Assembly: GCA_027487145.1 (NCBI GenBank)
Contig: JAIYEC010000070.1
Span: 4,477-68,476 of the forward strand
Source of the DNA: a bacterium
Lineage (GTDB): Bacteria > Patescibacteriota > Minisyncoccia > Phycocordibacterales > UBA918
DNA length: 64,000 bases
Direction of reading: 5' to 3'
Shown here: one piece after another, positions 46,579 to 55,899 of the stretch
Position numbering within the stretch: the first letter of the stretch is position 1
How the letters are laid out: every line of letters begins with the position of its first letter
Translations under genes and position numbers: made by a program
The notes under the pieces: generated by a model
What the model saw: only the letters and a program-made list of their open reading frames with translations
What the model was told of the DNA's origin: nothing
Database searches by the model: none

Positions 46579-47715
46579 TTAATGATGGTGGTGATGGTGG
46601 TGCGACGAATGATCATTCATGTCAACGGTGCGAGACCGGTAGTACCACGCAGCTACTGCAGTGGTGGCTGGAACAGCCATAATCAGTCCGATACTCCCTA
46701 CAATAATCCGGGTAAGTTCTGCTGCTACCACTTCTTGATTGAAGATAGCAGTCAGGTCAGTCCCCGCTTTCGCGTAGAGCAATATAAGCGGCAATGAAAC
46801 TCCGACATATGCGAGTGCGAGTGTATTAACAATCGAACCAATATGATCTCGCCCTACCACCAGCGCCCGATTATAAAGGTCGCTAAAATTAAAGTCTGGA
46901 TTGGCTGACTTAAGCTGCGCTACCACCGAGGTCTGGGTAACCGCGACGTCATCAAGCACTCCAAGAATACCGATAATAATTCCCCCGAGAAGCAGGCTGG
47001 CTAAATCAAGCGAGCCGTTGGTAGCAAAGTTAAGATAGACCGATGCATCATCACTAAAACCAGTCAGGTGCATACTCCGGACACTCACGTATGAGATGAT
47101 ACATGTCACCAAGACTGCGCTCATCGTACCTAGATACGAAATACAAGCCCGAGCATTAAAGCCGTGAGTTCCAAAGAGCGCAAACGCCATAATAACAGCG
47201 GCAATTCCTAACGTTGTAAGAGCAGGGTTGTATCCAGCCAGGAGCGCTGGCACAAGGAGAAATATAATTGCAGCGATACTTACCCCAAGTGAAAAGAGCG
47301 CTCGTACCCCTTGCCAACGAGAGATAAAGAGCAGTAGCCCAACAAAGAGTCCGAAGATAACTATGAGCGTTGGTCGTCGTTCATACGCTGAAAACGTCAC
47401 ATACTCATCCCCATTGATAGTGACCACTCGATTCACAAAAATGTCATCCCCGACCTCCAGATGTATCACTTCGGCCGTCATTGCTACCACCTCTCCTTTT
47501 TTATCTCCTTCTTCAAGAAGGATCCGTAATTCTTGTACTGTTGTAGTAGTATCAGTGCCGGTCACCTCACGAACGTCTTCACTCACCACTTCAAGGACCG
47601 TAGCTTTGACTGTCTCTTTTACATCTTGATGAACCTCTTGTGCAAAAACTGGTGAGGTACAAAAGAACGTCATAACGAGTGAGACAAAAATCCTAGAAAA
47701 TAAGACGCGCAACAT
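46579..47715 (-). CDS. YibE/F family membrane protein, His-rich tail
   Basis: GVLDDVAVTQ, GRDHIGSIVNTLALAY, GSIGL. Confidence 0.9.
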   Translation of the reverse strand: MLRVLFSRIFVSLVMTFFCTSPVFAQEVHQDVKETVKATVLEVVSEDVREVTGTDTTTTVQELRILLEEGDKKGEVVAMTAEVIHLEVGDDIFVNRVVTINGDEYVTFSAYERRPTLIVIFGLFVGLLLFISRWQGVRALFSLGVSIAAIIFLLVPALLAGYNPALTTLGIAAVIMAFALFGTHGFNARACISYLGTMSAVLVTCIISYVSVRSMHLTGFSDDASVYLNFATNGSLDLASLLLGGIIIGILGVLDDVAVTQTSVVAQLKSANPDFNFSDLYNRALVVGRDHIGSIVNTLALAYVGVSLPLILLYAKAGTDLTAIFNQEVVAAELTRIIVGSIGLIMAVPATTAVAAWYYRSRTVDMNDHSSHHHHHHH

Positions 47716-47896
47716 AAAAACCTACTCCGGCAGCTATAACAAGGGTGTACAGCACAGTTAAAATAAAAGAGGGTTGATCCATAGCTATAGCTTAGCGGAG
47801 ATTTTAATGATGAGCAACCAAGCATACGGACCATCTCGACAAACGCTTAAAAAACCTTTAGTATGTCCCGCACATGTATCGTTGATACATATATAT

Positions 47897-47971
47897 GGCG
47901 GCTATAGTATAATGGTTAATGCATCGGTTTGTGGTACCGAGAATTCGGGTTCAATTCCCGGTAGCCGCCCC
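47897..47971 (+). tRNA. tRNA-His (GTG)
   Basis: G-1, acceptor GCGGCTA/TAGCCGC, anticodon arm TCGGT-TTGTGGT-ACCGA, T-loop GGTTCAATTCC. Confidence 0.95.
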
Positions 47972-47990
47972 TTTTAGAGCTAGCACGAGA

Positions 47991-48034
47991 AGGCTACAAA
48001 AATGAACCTCAATTGGGGTTCATTTTTGTAGCCT
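47991..48034. terminator. Long hairpin downstream of tRNA-His
   Basis: AGGCTACAAAAATGAACCTC..GGGTTCATTTTTGTAGCCT. Confidence 0.8.
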
Positions 48035-48045
48035 CTGGTATGCAA

Positions 48046-48963
48046 TTAAACAAGATTTAGAATCTTCGCAACCAGATATTCTGTATCAGAAAAAAATTCA
48101 GATATTTTATTATTCTGGTCTTTATAACCATTTTGCGGGAAAAAACCAAAGTGAATTAACCTATTGCGAATTTTTTCTATCTTTTCTGCGTTTTCTTCTT
48201 CCTTACCATCAAGAAAGTATTCATTTCTGACAAATCTATATTTTTGCTCCACGCTCATTTTTGATATCTCTTTATTATTCATCAATAAAGAATGGTGTAG
48301 TGAAAAAATATGTTCCCAAATTGACCAAGATAGAATAAAAGCGGATTCTGTACACTGGCGTTTTTGCGCCTGAGCAAAAATTAAAAGAAATGCGCCTTTA
48401 CTATATTTCTTTTGCCATACCTCATCCTTAATAGTGGAACATACTTTATTTACCGCGATTTCTAGCCCCTGATCAAATCTGAGCCATTCAAATGCACTAA
48501 GCCCATTTATCTCGACCTCAGAAATGATTTCTCGTGTTTGATTATTTATAGCTTTTCCTACAGGTAGAACAAATCGACCAAAATTACCCCTATGTTGCCT
48601 TGGATCTTCAATAATCTGTATTCTACTTTCAGCGTCACGCCATGTCTTTGCAATAATATTTCGCCCAGTAAGGAGTGATAGAACTAGTAGTATATCTAAA
48701 AATTCTCTAGGTTTTTGGGAACCTACTTCTATACTATTCCACGGCAAAATTGCAACTTTTTGTCTTGAGGGCAACAACGCCAAGGCAGTCACCCGATGAC
48801 TGCCTTGATTGACCTCAAATGAAGTGCTGTTGTACGAGTGCGACAATTCTTTTAATATTTTTTTGTAATCAGGAGCCTGCTTAAAACAATACTCACCTAC
48901 ATTCAGCTCTAAAACATTATCTGGAAACTCAAGGTTGTATATTTCAATCTGAACCCTATCCAT
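48046..48963 (-). CDS. Putative HEPN (ApeA-like) domain protein
   Basis: Helical C-terminus with FILSWSIWEH and IRNRLIHFG (RxxxxH). Confidence 0.6.
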   Translation of the reverse strand: MDRVQIEIYNLEFPDNVLELNVGEYCFKQAPDYKKILKELSHSYNSTSFEVNQGSHRVTALALLPSRQKVAILPWNSIEVGSQKPREFLDILLVLSLLTGRNIIAKTWRDAESRIQIIEDPRQHRGNFGRFVLPVGKAINNQTREIISEVEINGLSAFEWLRFDQGLEIAVNKVCSTIKDEVWQKKYSKGAFLLIFAQAQKRQCTESAFILSWSIWEHIFSLHHSLLMNNKEISKMSVEQKYRFVRNEYFLDGKEEENAEKIEKIRNRLIHFGFFPQNGYKDQNNKISEFFSDTEYLVAKILNLV

Positions 48964-49282
48964 TTCCTAATTTTAAGTTGTGTATTGAGAAAAGTAAAAA
49001 TAACGCAGTAACAAAATCAATTATTATCCAAACATCACGAGTAAGGAATACAGGAATAAAAGGGTTAAACAATACTGCTATCACACCAAAGAGCCATACC
49101 CAACCCTCTTGCTTATCTTTGTACGCAAGGTAGGCAACGTATGTAGTCGAAGCAAATACAACGAAACGAAGAATTGTAAAAAATCCATATTGCCAACCAT
49201 CAATCAAAGCTAATAAAAGAAAAACTGATGCAATAAACAGTGCGGTATTTTTCTTTTTATTTTGACCAAAGACCATGTACAA
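48956..49282 (-). CDS. Small four-TM protein (DUF6804-like)
   Basis: YGFFTILRFVVF, AVLFNPFIPVFLTRDVWIIID. Confidence 0.7.
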   Translation of the reverse strand: MYMVFGQNKKKNTALFIASVFLLLALIDGWQYGFFTILRFVVFASTTYVAYLAYKDKQEGWVWLFGVIAVLFNPFIPVFLTRDVWIIIDFVTALFLLFSIHNLKLGNG

Positions 49283-49288
49283 AATAAG

Positions 49289-50476
49289 TTAATTCTTTGG
49301 TGTCAGAAATCTGAAACTTACTCCAGCGGCTTTATAAACATGATCTAGACCTTCTGGTGTAAAGTCGCCTCCAAACAATCTCATTGAACCATCATTATCC
49401 ATACACACTTGCATAAACATAAAATTGTCTTCAATTTTATACATAAAATGCCAAGTACCGACAAGTTTATTCCTATGTTCTTTTAAGAACACTAATATTT
49501 GCGACTGAGTGAAACAGAGATTGTTTAAATCTTTATCTATAGATTTAAACATCTTGTATATCGTTGAATCATTAATAAGATAATGTACTTGTGCTTCAGC
49601 AATGTTTGTGTTTTTTGAAACAAAGTCTGATTTATTTATATCTTCTTCTTCAAAAAAGATAATTTTAAAACTTTCTTTTGAGTTTGCAATATTTATTTTT
49701 CCGTCTGTAGGTGGTATTTGAAAAACAGTATCTGTTTTTATAAGTACATTATTGGGTATATTTTTGATGTCATTGTCTTTTTCCCAAATGATTTTTGATT
49801 CAGTAGAAATATCAGAACTATTAAGTTCTTTAATTTTATACTCTTCATCTTCTTGTTTGCCATAACTTTTTTGAACCTCCTTTGAAATTTTTTCAAAATC
49901 AACATCTTCCTCAATATCTGGTAGATATCCGAAATCGTATTCAATTTTTTCATCTGAACAATCCTGGGAGCCTGTGCCTGCAAGATAATCTTCTTTTGAA
50001 ATTTCTTTAGAGCCGAATAGCTTCTCAAATTTCTCTCGGATAAGAATACCTCCTGTTGGATCTGATTTTCCTATCGACTCTATTTTGGCAATATACTTTT
50101 CATAGCTTGGATAACCATTAAATAGCCAAAAACCAAGTTCTTGAATATTTTGAACCATGTCTGGTGCATTCTGATTAGCTAAATCAATATATAAGTAATA
50201 TGCAGCCTTAATGTATTTTTTAGGGTATGGCAATAATGACATTGGTACTAATGTCATTAATGGATGTAGGGGTAGATGCTCGTTAAATAATTTCAACTGG
50301 AATGAATTAAAATCTTTAAACACCTTCTCTGCGAGGGCATAGTTTGGTTCTTTATATTCTGGGACTGATTCTTTAATCAGATTATAAGCTTTTATTAAAT
50401 CTGAATTATCATACTGATTCACTACCTCCCTATGTGAAATTTTATTTTTAAATAAGCCAAACATATTTTTTATCAT
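49289..50476 (-). CDS. Hypothetical protein (AT-rich)
   Basis: 395-aa ORF containing SLLPYPKKYIKAA; no family recognised. Confidence 0.6.
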   Translation of the reverse strand: MIKNMFGLFKNKISHREVVNQYDNSDLIKAYNLIKESVPEYKEPNYALAEKVFKDFNSFQLKLFNEHLPLHPLMTLVPMSLLPYPKKYIKAAYYLYIDLANQNAPDMVQNIQELGFWLFNGYPSYEKYIAKIESIGKSDPTGGILIREKFEKLFGSKEISKEDYLAGTGSQDCSDEKIEYDFGYLPDIEEDVDFEKISKEVQKSYGKQEDEEYKIKELNSSDISTESKIIWEKDNDIKNIPNNVLIKTDTVFQIPPTDGKINIANSKESFKIIFFEEEDINKSDFVSKNTNIAEAQVHYLINDSTIYKMFKSIDKDLNNLCFTQSQILVFLKEHRNKLVGTWHFMYKIEDNFMFMQVCMDNDGSMRLFGGDFTPEGLDHVYKAAGVSFRFLTPKN

Positions 50477-50555
50477 AGTCTATTGTAGCCAACAATATCA
50501 CAAATCGTAATATCTGCCTTAAACTAGGCGTTGCCTTTACCAGGCTACTTCTAGA

Positions 50556-51875
50556 CTATCTTAAACTTACCTTTCTATCAGTCAGAACAATATGACTCTT
50601 TAAACACCTTATAAATTCACGCTTTTCCTCAACGCTTCCCTCTTGGAGAATAAACTTGGCATAGTTTCGAATATCTATATCCTTTACTACCGCTGAGTTC
50701 TTGTTTCCAAGTAACATATGCTCAAACTTCTTCACTCGCTTTAATTCTTCGGTAATCTTTTCTCTAAGAGGAACAATCTGCATATCTAAATCATCGACTA
50801 AGCTTTGCAGTTGTGGTATCAAGTCGTCTTCGTTAATGAGAGCATTGGGACAGAAGTGGTCTTTGATACGTGTACATTTGTAATAGACGTAGCGGTGGGT
50901 ATTGCCGTTTTTTTGGTGTTTAAATTTCTCATCAGCGGTAATACCCGAGCCACAAAGTCCACATGTCATGATTTTGGTAAAAGCGAACTCTTTTTGAGCG
51001 TACTTTGGTTCTAGAACCTGACTCTTAATCTTTTCTTGCACTAAATCAAATAATTCTTTCGTGATAATTGGTTGATGTGAGCCGTTGTACCAAACACCTG
51101 AACCTTTTGGAAATTCAAAACGACCGTAATAAAAATGGGCTTCTAGAATGCGGTAGATGTTACCAAGACTGAGATGCATATTATTTTCAGTCCTGAAGTT
51201 CACTTCTTCTTTTAACCACTAATGTAGCTTTCGACCACTCCAACCATCATACGCAACCTTCTCAAACATCTGTTTAATGATTGGTGCTCGTTCTGGGTCG
51301 ATTACTGATTCACACTTCTGATCCATTCGTTTGAACTTGGTGTAGCCAGTCAGTGGTCGGCACGGCCACAATCCCATCTCCACTCTTGCCCGCAGTCCTC
51401 GCTTCACGTTTTGACTCTTATTATCGTTTTCAAGTTTGGCTTGCGAACACAGAATCATGAGTAGGAACTTTTCGTTCGGAGAATTAGAGAACGTCTGTCC
51501 ATACGTTTGAATATGAACTAACTTCTTCTGGTCCATCAGGTCTACTAGCGAACCGAGGTCACCCGCATTACGACTTAGTCGGTCTGGTGCCCAGGCCATA
51601 ATTCCATCGTATGTACCGTTTCTAATCTCTTCTAGCAATTCTTTAAAGACAGGTCGCTGTCCTGAATCTTTAGCGGAATGAGCTTCACGTTTAATGGTGA
51701 CTATGTTTAGATTTTGCCGTTCAGCAATCGCCATCATTTCTTTGACCTGTGAATCAATCGATAGTGCTTGCATTTCATCAGACTCAGTACTCTTTCTGGC
51801 GTATAAGCAGTAGCGAATTCTCGCTCCACTAATTGATACACCGTCTTGTACTCTGCCCACAACATTAGTTTCCAT
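50556..51875 (-). pseudogene. Large serine recombinase interrupted by one in-frame TAG
   Basis: YARKSTE, DRLSRN catalytic domain; TAG at 51219-51221; same frame continues to recombinase and Zn-ribbon domains (CGLCG, YYKC..C). Confidence 0.88.
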
Positions 51876-52018
51876 CCTTAATTGATGACAGAACGAAAAA
51901 ACCTGCATAGCTATGCAAGCTAGCGGAAACGTTACCTATTCGCTCGGTAAAAGGCTACTACTTTCAAAATAACTAATATTTATAGGCCTATAATGCTGTG
52001 CACGACGTGTGAATAGTC

Positions 52019-52047
52019 TTTACTTTCGCCTTTTATCGTGTTAACAT
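52019..52047 (+). promoter_or_regulatory. Sigma70-like promoter for the sRNA
   Basis: TTTACT-17 nt-TAACAT with a TG upstream of the -10. Confidence 0.6.
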
Positions 52048-52052
52048 TATTG

Positions 52053-52152
52053 TGGCTGGTTGCTCAGCAATGAGCTAGTCCACCTCTCGACGATGTGGAT
52101 ATCCGCGAGGAAACTGGCTTCAAAAACACCTCTCTTCGGAGGGGTCTTTTTG
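52053..52152 (+). ncRNA. Structured sRNA convergent on the DUF3800 gene (DUF3800-motif-like)
   Basis: Closing stem GGCTGGTT/AACTGGCT, GCTCA-GCAA-TGAGC, TCCAC/GTGGA, possible pseudoknot CTCG/CGAG, C(TTCG)G terminator. Confidence 0.7.
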
Positions 52153-52153
52153 T

Positions 52154-53053
52154 TTATTGGATGGGACAATTTTGGTGAAAATTCCAATTTACCTTATTTA
52201 CGTCAGGAACACAGGTCAGACCACATCCACGGACATTTCCCTGAGCATTGGCATGAAAGTTACATCTGATTTTCTCAAAATAGTCGTAAGTCTCCATTTG
52301 CTTCTTACCATCAGCAGATACCCTGTCACCACACCATTCCCTTCCATACACGGTAAACTGTCTATGAATGTTGTAGGCACAAATATCCGCTATCTGGAGA
52401 AAATTTTCGTCGCATGACTTCTTAAAATCCACATCCACTATATTTTCATAGCTCTCAGAAAATTTAGTCTCCATACCAAGATTGTTGGTAAAGATACCCC
52501 GAATCTTGTTGTGGGCACCTTTTTCAAGAGAGAGTGAAGACTCAAACTGATCAAATGTGACCACGTTGATGTTGCCAGCATAATTTATCCGTTCCAACAT
52601 TATCTGTGTCGTCTTCAAAAAAGGATTTCCATCTCCGGTTGCTCGCTTCGCATCGCCGTAATACCTCTTGTCAAAAACAACACCAATTACCTTCATCTTG
52701 TCAGCATTCTGAGCAATAAGATCATGCAGATCGTCACCAAACTTATTAAGTTGCTCAACGGTAATACCGTAGGGGTCTAAGTAGTGTTTCTTCCTTTTGT
52801 CTGGTATACGCAACCAAGTCGACTTTATTTCCACATCCGCAGTACCGAAGCAAGCAATCTTTAACGTCCTAACTGCCGCGTCAATAATCCCAATATCTGA
52901 TTGTTTTATACGCACACCACAAAGTACGAAATAGTTTTCCCGCCAAAACTGCTCATTACCTTCAAATGCTGGTGGATTGTCTTTAAAATCCCTTGAGTAT
53001 GGGGCATTGTAGTCTTTCATTCCACTATCATCTACGAAGACTTTATAAAGCAT
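52154..53053 (-). CDS. DUF3800 domain protein
   Basis: VFVDDSG, EIKS, TFDQ, LQIADICAY acidic motif set. Confidence 0.85.
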   Translation of the reverse strand: MLYKVFVDDSGMKDYNAPYSRDFKDNPPAFEGNEQFWRENYFVLCGVRIKQSDIGIIDAAVRTLKIACFGTADVEIKSTWLRIPDKRKKHYLDPYGITVEQLNKFGDDLHDLIAQNADKMKVIGVVFDKRYYGDAKRATGDGNPFLKTTQIMLERINYAGNINVVTFDQFESSLSLEKGAHNKIRGIFTNNLGMETKFSESYENIVDVDFKKSCDENFLQIADICAYNIHRQFTVYGREWCGDRVSADGKKQMETYDYFEKIRCNFHANAQGNVRGCGLTCVPDVNKVNWNFHQNCPIQ

Positions 53054-53363
53054 TGGACTATTTTATCAGTTTGTGGTCTTAAGTAAAACAAACCCCTTCA
53101 GCCAACCAATCCAGGTACATCTCTTCAAATTGGTTCGACTGAGGGCATTACTGTACATTTTAGAGCTAGCCTGAGAGTGACATAAACCTTGTACGAGGTG
53201 AATATTATTAAAAGAGTGACAGTTCCTTGTCACTATGTGACACACGTGAATAAGTGTCACTTTTGTCACTTTTTGCCTATGCACGAGAAGGGTTCTTTTG
53301 AATAAAAATCACTAGCTAGAAAAGCCTTACAGGGTAACGAACCAAACAAGTCGTATCTGCTGA

Positions 53364-53567
53364 AGGCGCCCTGGAGCAAAGTCCCCCTTGGGGGACTTTT
53401 GCGTAAGGGCGGCCAAGCGAGTGAACTGCTTCACTGCGTCCGGGAATCGAAAGCCGCAGTCATGTTGCGGAGCAACAGACGAGGCGGGGTCGAGAGTACT
53501 TAGTAAAATCAGAGCGAAGCGAATAATTCTACTTAGTAACTCGTGACCGATTCCTCCCGGTAGCCGC
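53364..53567 (+). repeat. tRNA-matched structured element, copy His-1
   Basis: Hairpin, split antisense copy of a tRNA-His 3' end, conserved scaffold, then a direct tRNA 3' copy. Confidence 0.85.
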
Positions 53568-53975
53568 ACTAACGAAAATTTATTTAAAGGGTCCCTATAT
53601 ATGTAGGGATTTTTTAGTTCCAGTCTGATATACTTTTTTTGTATGAGTATATATTTAAAGATGCTTCTTTTGATAGCATCCATATATATTTTTATAGGGA
53701 TAGTATTCGCAACAAAATGGGCAATTACTTATGACCCTGCAGTAAACTCATTTCCTAATAATCCAGTCTCATTTCTTTTTAATATAATATTTTGGTTTAA
53801 TGAATTTTAATTTCATCAAAGCTGGGAATATGTATACTCACATCACCTAACCTCTCAAACACAGTTCTAACATCCTTTACGACGTCGCCCATTTTAAGGA
53901 GCTTTATTTAACAACATATTTTAAAGGTATTTTTTAGTACCTACTGTCCCTAGTAGAACCTGCTATAATTTTACT

Positions 53976-54317
53976 ATGCTGATAGTAACATTCTCACATA
54001 TAGTTAATGCACTCGTAGCGGGAGGTATAGGTATATTACTCCTCCTGAATCTTCCTAGTATGACGGCAGTGTATGGAGAAGCAACTCCTGCCCGATCTAT
54101 CCTGACCAGTGTCTATCTTGCAATTGCAGCAGGAAGTTTATTTGCACTTATCTTTCCCTTACACAGTATCGCAATCGCAAAAGTGCTTTTTCCATTACAG
54201 ATACTATATAAATTTTCAACCATACTAACCGTGGGGACAATTACCCATCCCGTTGTATTAAGTAATCTATTTATTAGCGTATTACACGCCGTCTCTTTAT
54301 TTATGATTTTTAAGTAG
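53976..54317 (+). CDS. Four-TM membrane protein
   Basis: Hydrophobic ORF; TATAAT 6 nt before ATG. Confidence 0.7.
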   Translation: MLIVTFSHIVNALVAGGIGILLLLNLPSMTAVYGEATPARSILTSVYLAIAAGSLFALIFPLHSIAIAKVLFPLQILYKFSTILTVGTITHPVVLSNLFISVLHAVSLFMIFK

Positions 54318-54327
54318 AGCTTCGTTT

Positions 54328-54750
54328 CTACTTTAAGACACCTTTTATTCTTAAATTTCTTGCATACCAAAGCAATCCGGCCGCCACCGCCACTACAAAC
54401 GTAAGGATGATAACTTGTGGTGCACCAAGAGCGGCGAACACTCCTTCGGTTATATCACCTATATAAAGAATAATGTACGCTATGAGTGAAATTGCGAAAA
54501 CTGATATAGCAACGCGGGATTTTAAAGCTAACAACACACTCCCAATAATTCCTCCAAAGACACCAACAGCAAATGCAATGGTCATCCATACAGGGTAATT
54601 CAACATTACCATTGCCTGTTCGGCAGTTAGGCCTTGAGTCATTAGCGACGTTTCTGTTGCGTTTAGTGAAGCAAGAAACTGTACCACTCCAAAGATATTC
54701 CACGCCAACCCCAATCCAACGACTGACCAAAATACTGTTTTTGATTGCAT
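54328..54750 (-). CDS. Four-TM membrane protein
   Basis: AWNIFG..PVWMTIAFAVGVFGG. Confidence 0.75.
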   Translation of the reverse strand: MQSKTVFWSVVGLGLAWNIFGVVQFLASLNATETSLMTQGLTAEQAMVMLNYPVWMTIAFAVGVFGGIIGSVLLALKSRVAISVFAISLIAYIILYIGDITEGVFAALGAPQVIILTFVVAVAAGLLWYARNLRIKGVLK

Positions 54751-54751
54751 A

Positions 54752-55177
54752 TTATTTATTAATTAATTGTGTAAGCTTAGCAAATGCTGATTCCCACCCC
54801 ATTGCATGCATTTCTCGCAAAAACGGCTGATTGAGATTCTCTTGTATCAAAGTTAATTCTGATCCAGCTTCAATCAGTCTTATAGTGACGATAATCCGAG
54901 ACGAGTCCATTGGCAAATCATGAATACGCCAGGTAAATACCAACGTATGTTCTGGTTCGACTTTCTCAAATACACCGGTTGTTGTATGTATCACTCCACT
55001 TGGCTCTATAACATCAATATCATATTCAGCCCCTTCAACGACTTCGTACTTCTTTAGATGTGCCTCACTCTCTCCTGGTCCAAACCATTTGATAAATTGA
55101 GTCGGGTCGGTCCACGCTTGCCACACTTCGCTTGGTGAGGCACTGAATGTTTTTATAATTGTAATAGTGTTTTCCAT
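54752..55177 (-). CDS. SRPBCC/AHSA1 domain protein
   Basis: ASPSEVWQAWTDP..KWFGP, LVFTW, GWESAFAKL. Confidence 0.9.
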   Translation of the reverse strand: MENTITIIKTFSASPSEVWQAWTDPTQFIKWFGPGESEAHLKKYEVVEGAEYDIDVIEPSGVIHTTTGVFEKVEPEHTLVFTWRIHDLPMDSSRIIVTIRLIEAGSELTLIQENLNQPFLREMHAMGWESAFAKLTQLINK

Positions 55178-55186
55178 GATAAAAAT

Positions 55187-55507
55187 TTATTTTTTACTAA
55201 GTAGTTTATCCAGCGCATCAAAATTAGTATTCCAAAACTTGGTGTATTTTTGCACCCACGCCTGAAGTACTTTGAGTGAATGCGGTTCAAGACTCACAAT
55301 TACGTTGCGACTTTCTTTTCTCCGTTTAATTAACTTTGCCTCCTCGAGTACCCGCAAATGTTTAGATAGTGCTGGAGCAGACATCTGATAGTACGGTGAC
55401 AGTACCTCAACTGAAAGCGGACCACTACTTACTCGCTCTATAATCGAACGACGAGTTGGATCAGCTAGGGCTTTAAAAATTGCATCCATTGATGATTGAT
55501 TAACCAT
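55187..55507 (-). CDS. ArsR/SmtB family regulator
   Basis: FKALADPTRRSII, SKHLRVLEEAKLI. Confidence 0.92.
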   Translation of the reverse strand: MVNQSSMDAIFKALADPTRRSIIERVSSGPLSVEVLSPYYQMSAPALSKHLRVLEEAKLIKRRKESRNVIVSLEPHSLKVLQAWVQKYTKFWNTNFDALDKLLSKK

Positions 55508-55550
55508 ACGGTTAAATGTATCATGTAGATACTTAACCGTCAAGTTAAGT
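55500..55550. promoter_or_regulatory. Two palindromic operators, probable ArsR autoregulation
   Basis: TTAACC-ATAC-GGTTAA over the start codon and ACTTAAC-N6-GTTAAGT at 55531-55550. Confidence 0.65.
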
Positions 55551-55662
55551 ATGCTGATGTGACATATCCCTCCTATGTGAACATCTCAAGCAAAACAAAA
55601 CCCTTGCTTCACTCAACCATTCAAGACACAGCTCTTCCAATTGGTTCCACCCGAGGGTTGGC

Positions 55663-55810
55663 AGCCGCCCTGGAGCAAAGTCCCCCTTTCGGGGGACTTT
55701 TGCGTAAGGGCGCCTAGGGAAGCAGACTGTTTTGCTTCCGTCCGAGAATCGAAAGCCGGAGCGATATTTATGAGCGAGCAGGTGAGAAATGGGATGGGAC
55801 CCGTTTCCCA
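55663..55810 (+). repeat. tRNA-matched structured element, copy His-2 (3' half divergent)
   Basis: ~46-bp near-identity to 53367-53411, then a CTGT-loop hairpin and CCGAGAATCGAAAGCCGGAGCGAT. Confidence 0.8.
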
Positions 55811-55899
55811 AACTTTTTTCACTCTACGACCTCGCGTAAACGAAAAAACACCAGGCTATTTGTCCGGTGTTTTTACATTTCTTTATATAAGTATAGTGA

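Larger units (their letters stand above)
47972..55870. mobile_element. Genomic island at tRNA-His (composite; right limit uncertain)
   Basis: AT-rich genes, a large serine recombinase, and the tRNA 3' sequence TCCCGGTAGCCGC (47956-47968) repeated at 53555-53567. Confidence 0.75.

Noticed and set aside
47971-47984. CTTTTAGAGCTAG resembles the start of a type II-A CRISPR repeat (GTTTTAGAGCTA)
   Set aside because: Only two isolated partial copies 5 kb apart, no repeat-spacer periodicity and no cas genes
51219-51221. In-frame TAG as evidence of an alternative genetic code
   Set aside because: TAG, TGA and TAA all terminate conserved genes normally elsewhere in the window
53327-53683. 118-aa ORF (and similar ORFs at 55545-55949 and 62122-62652)
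   Set aside because: They read through the structured non-coding elements or tRNA-Leu; their shared peptide words reflect the DNA repeat
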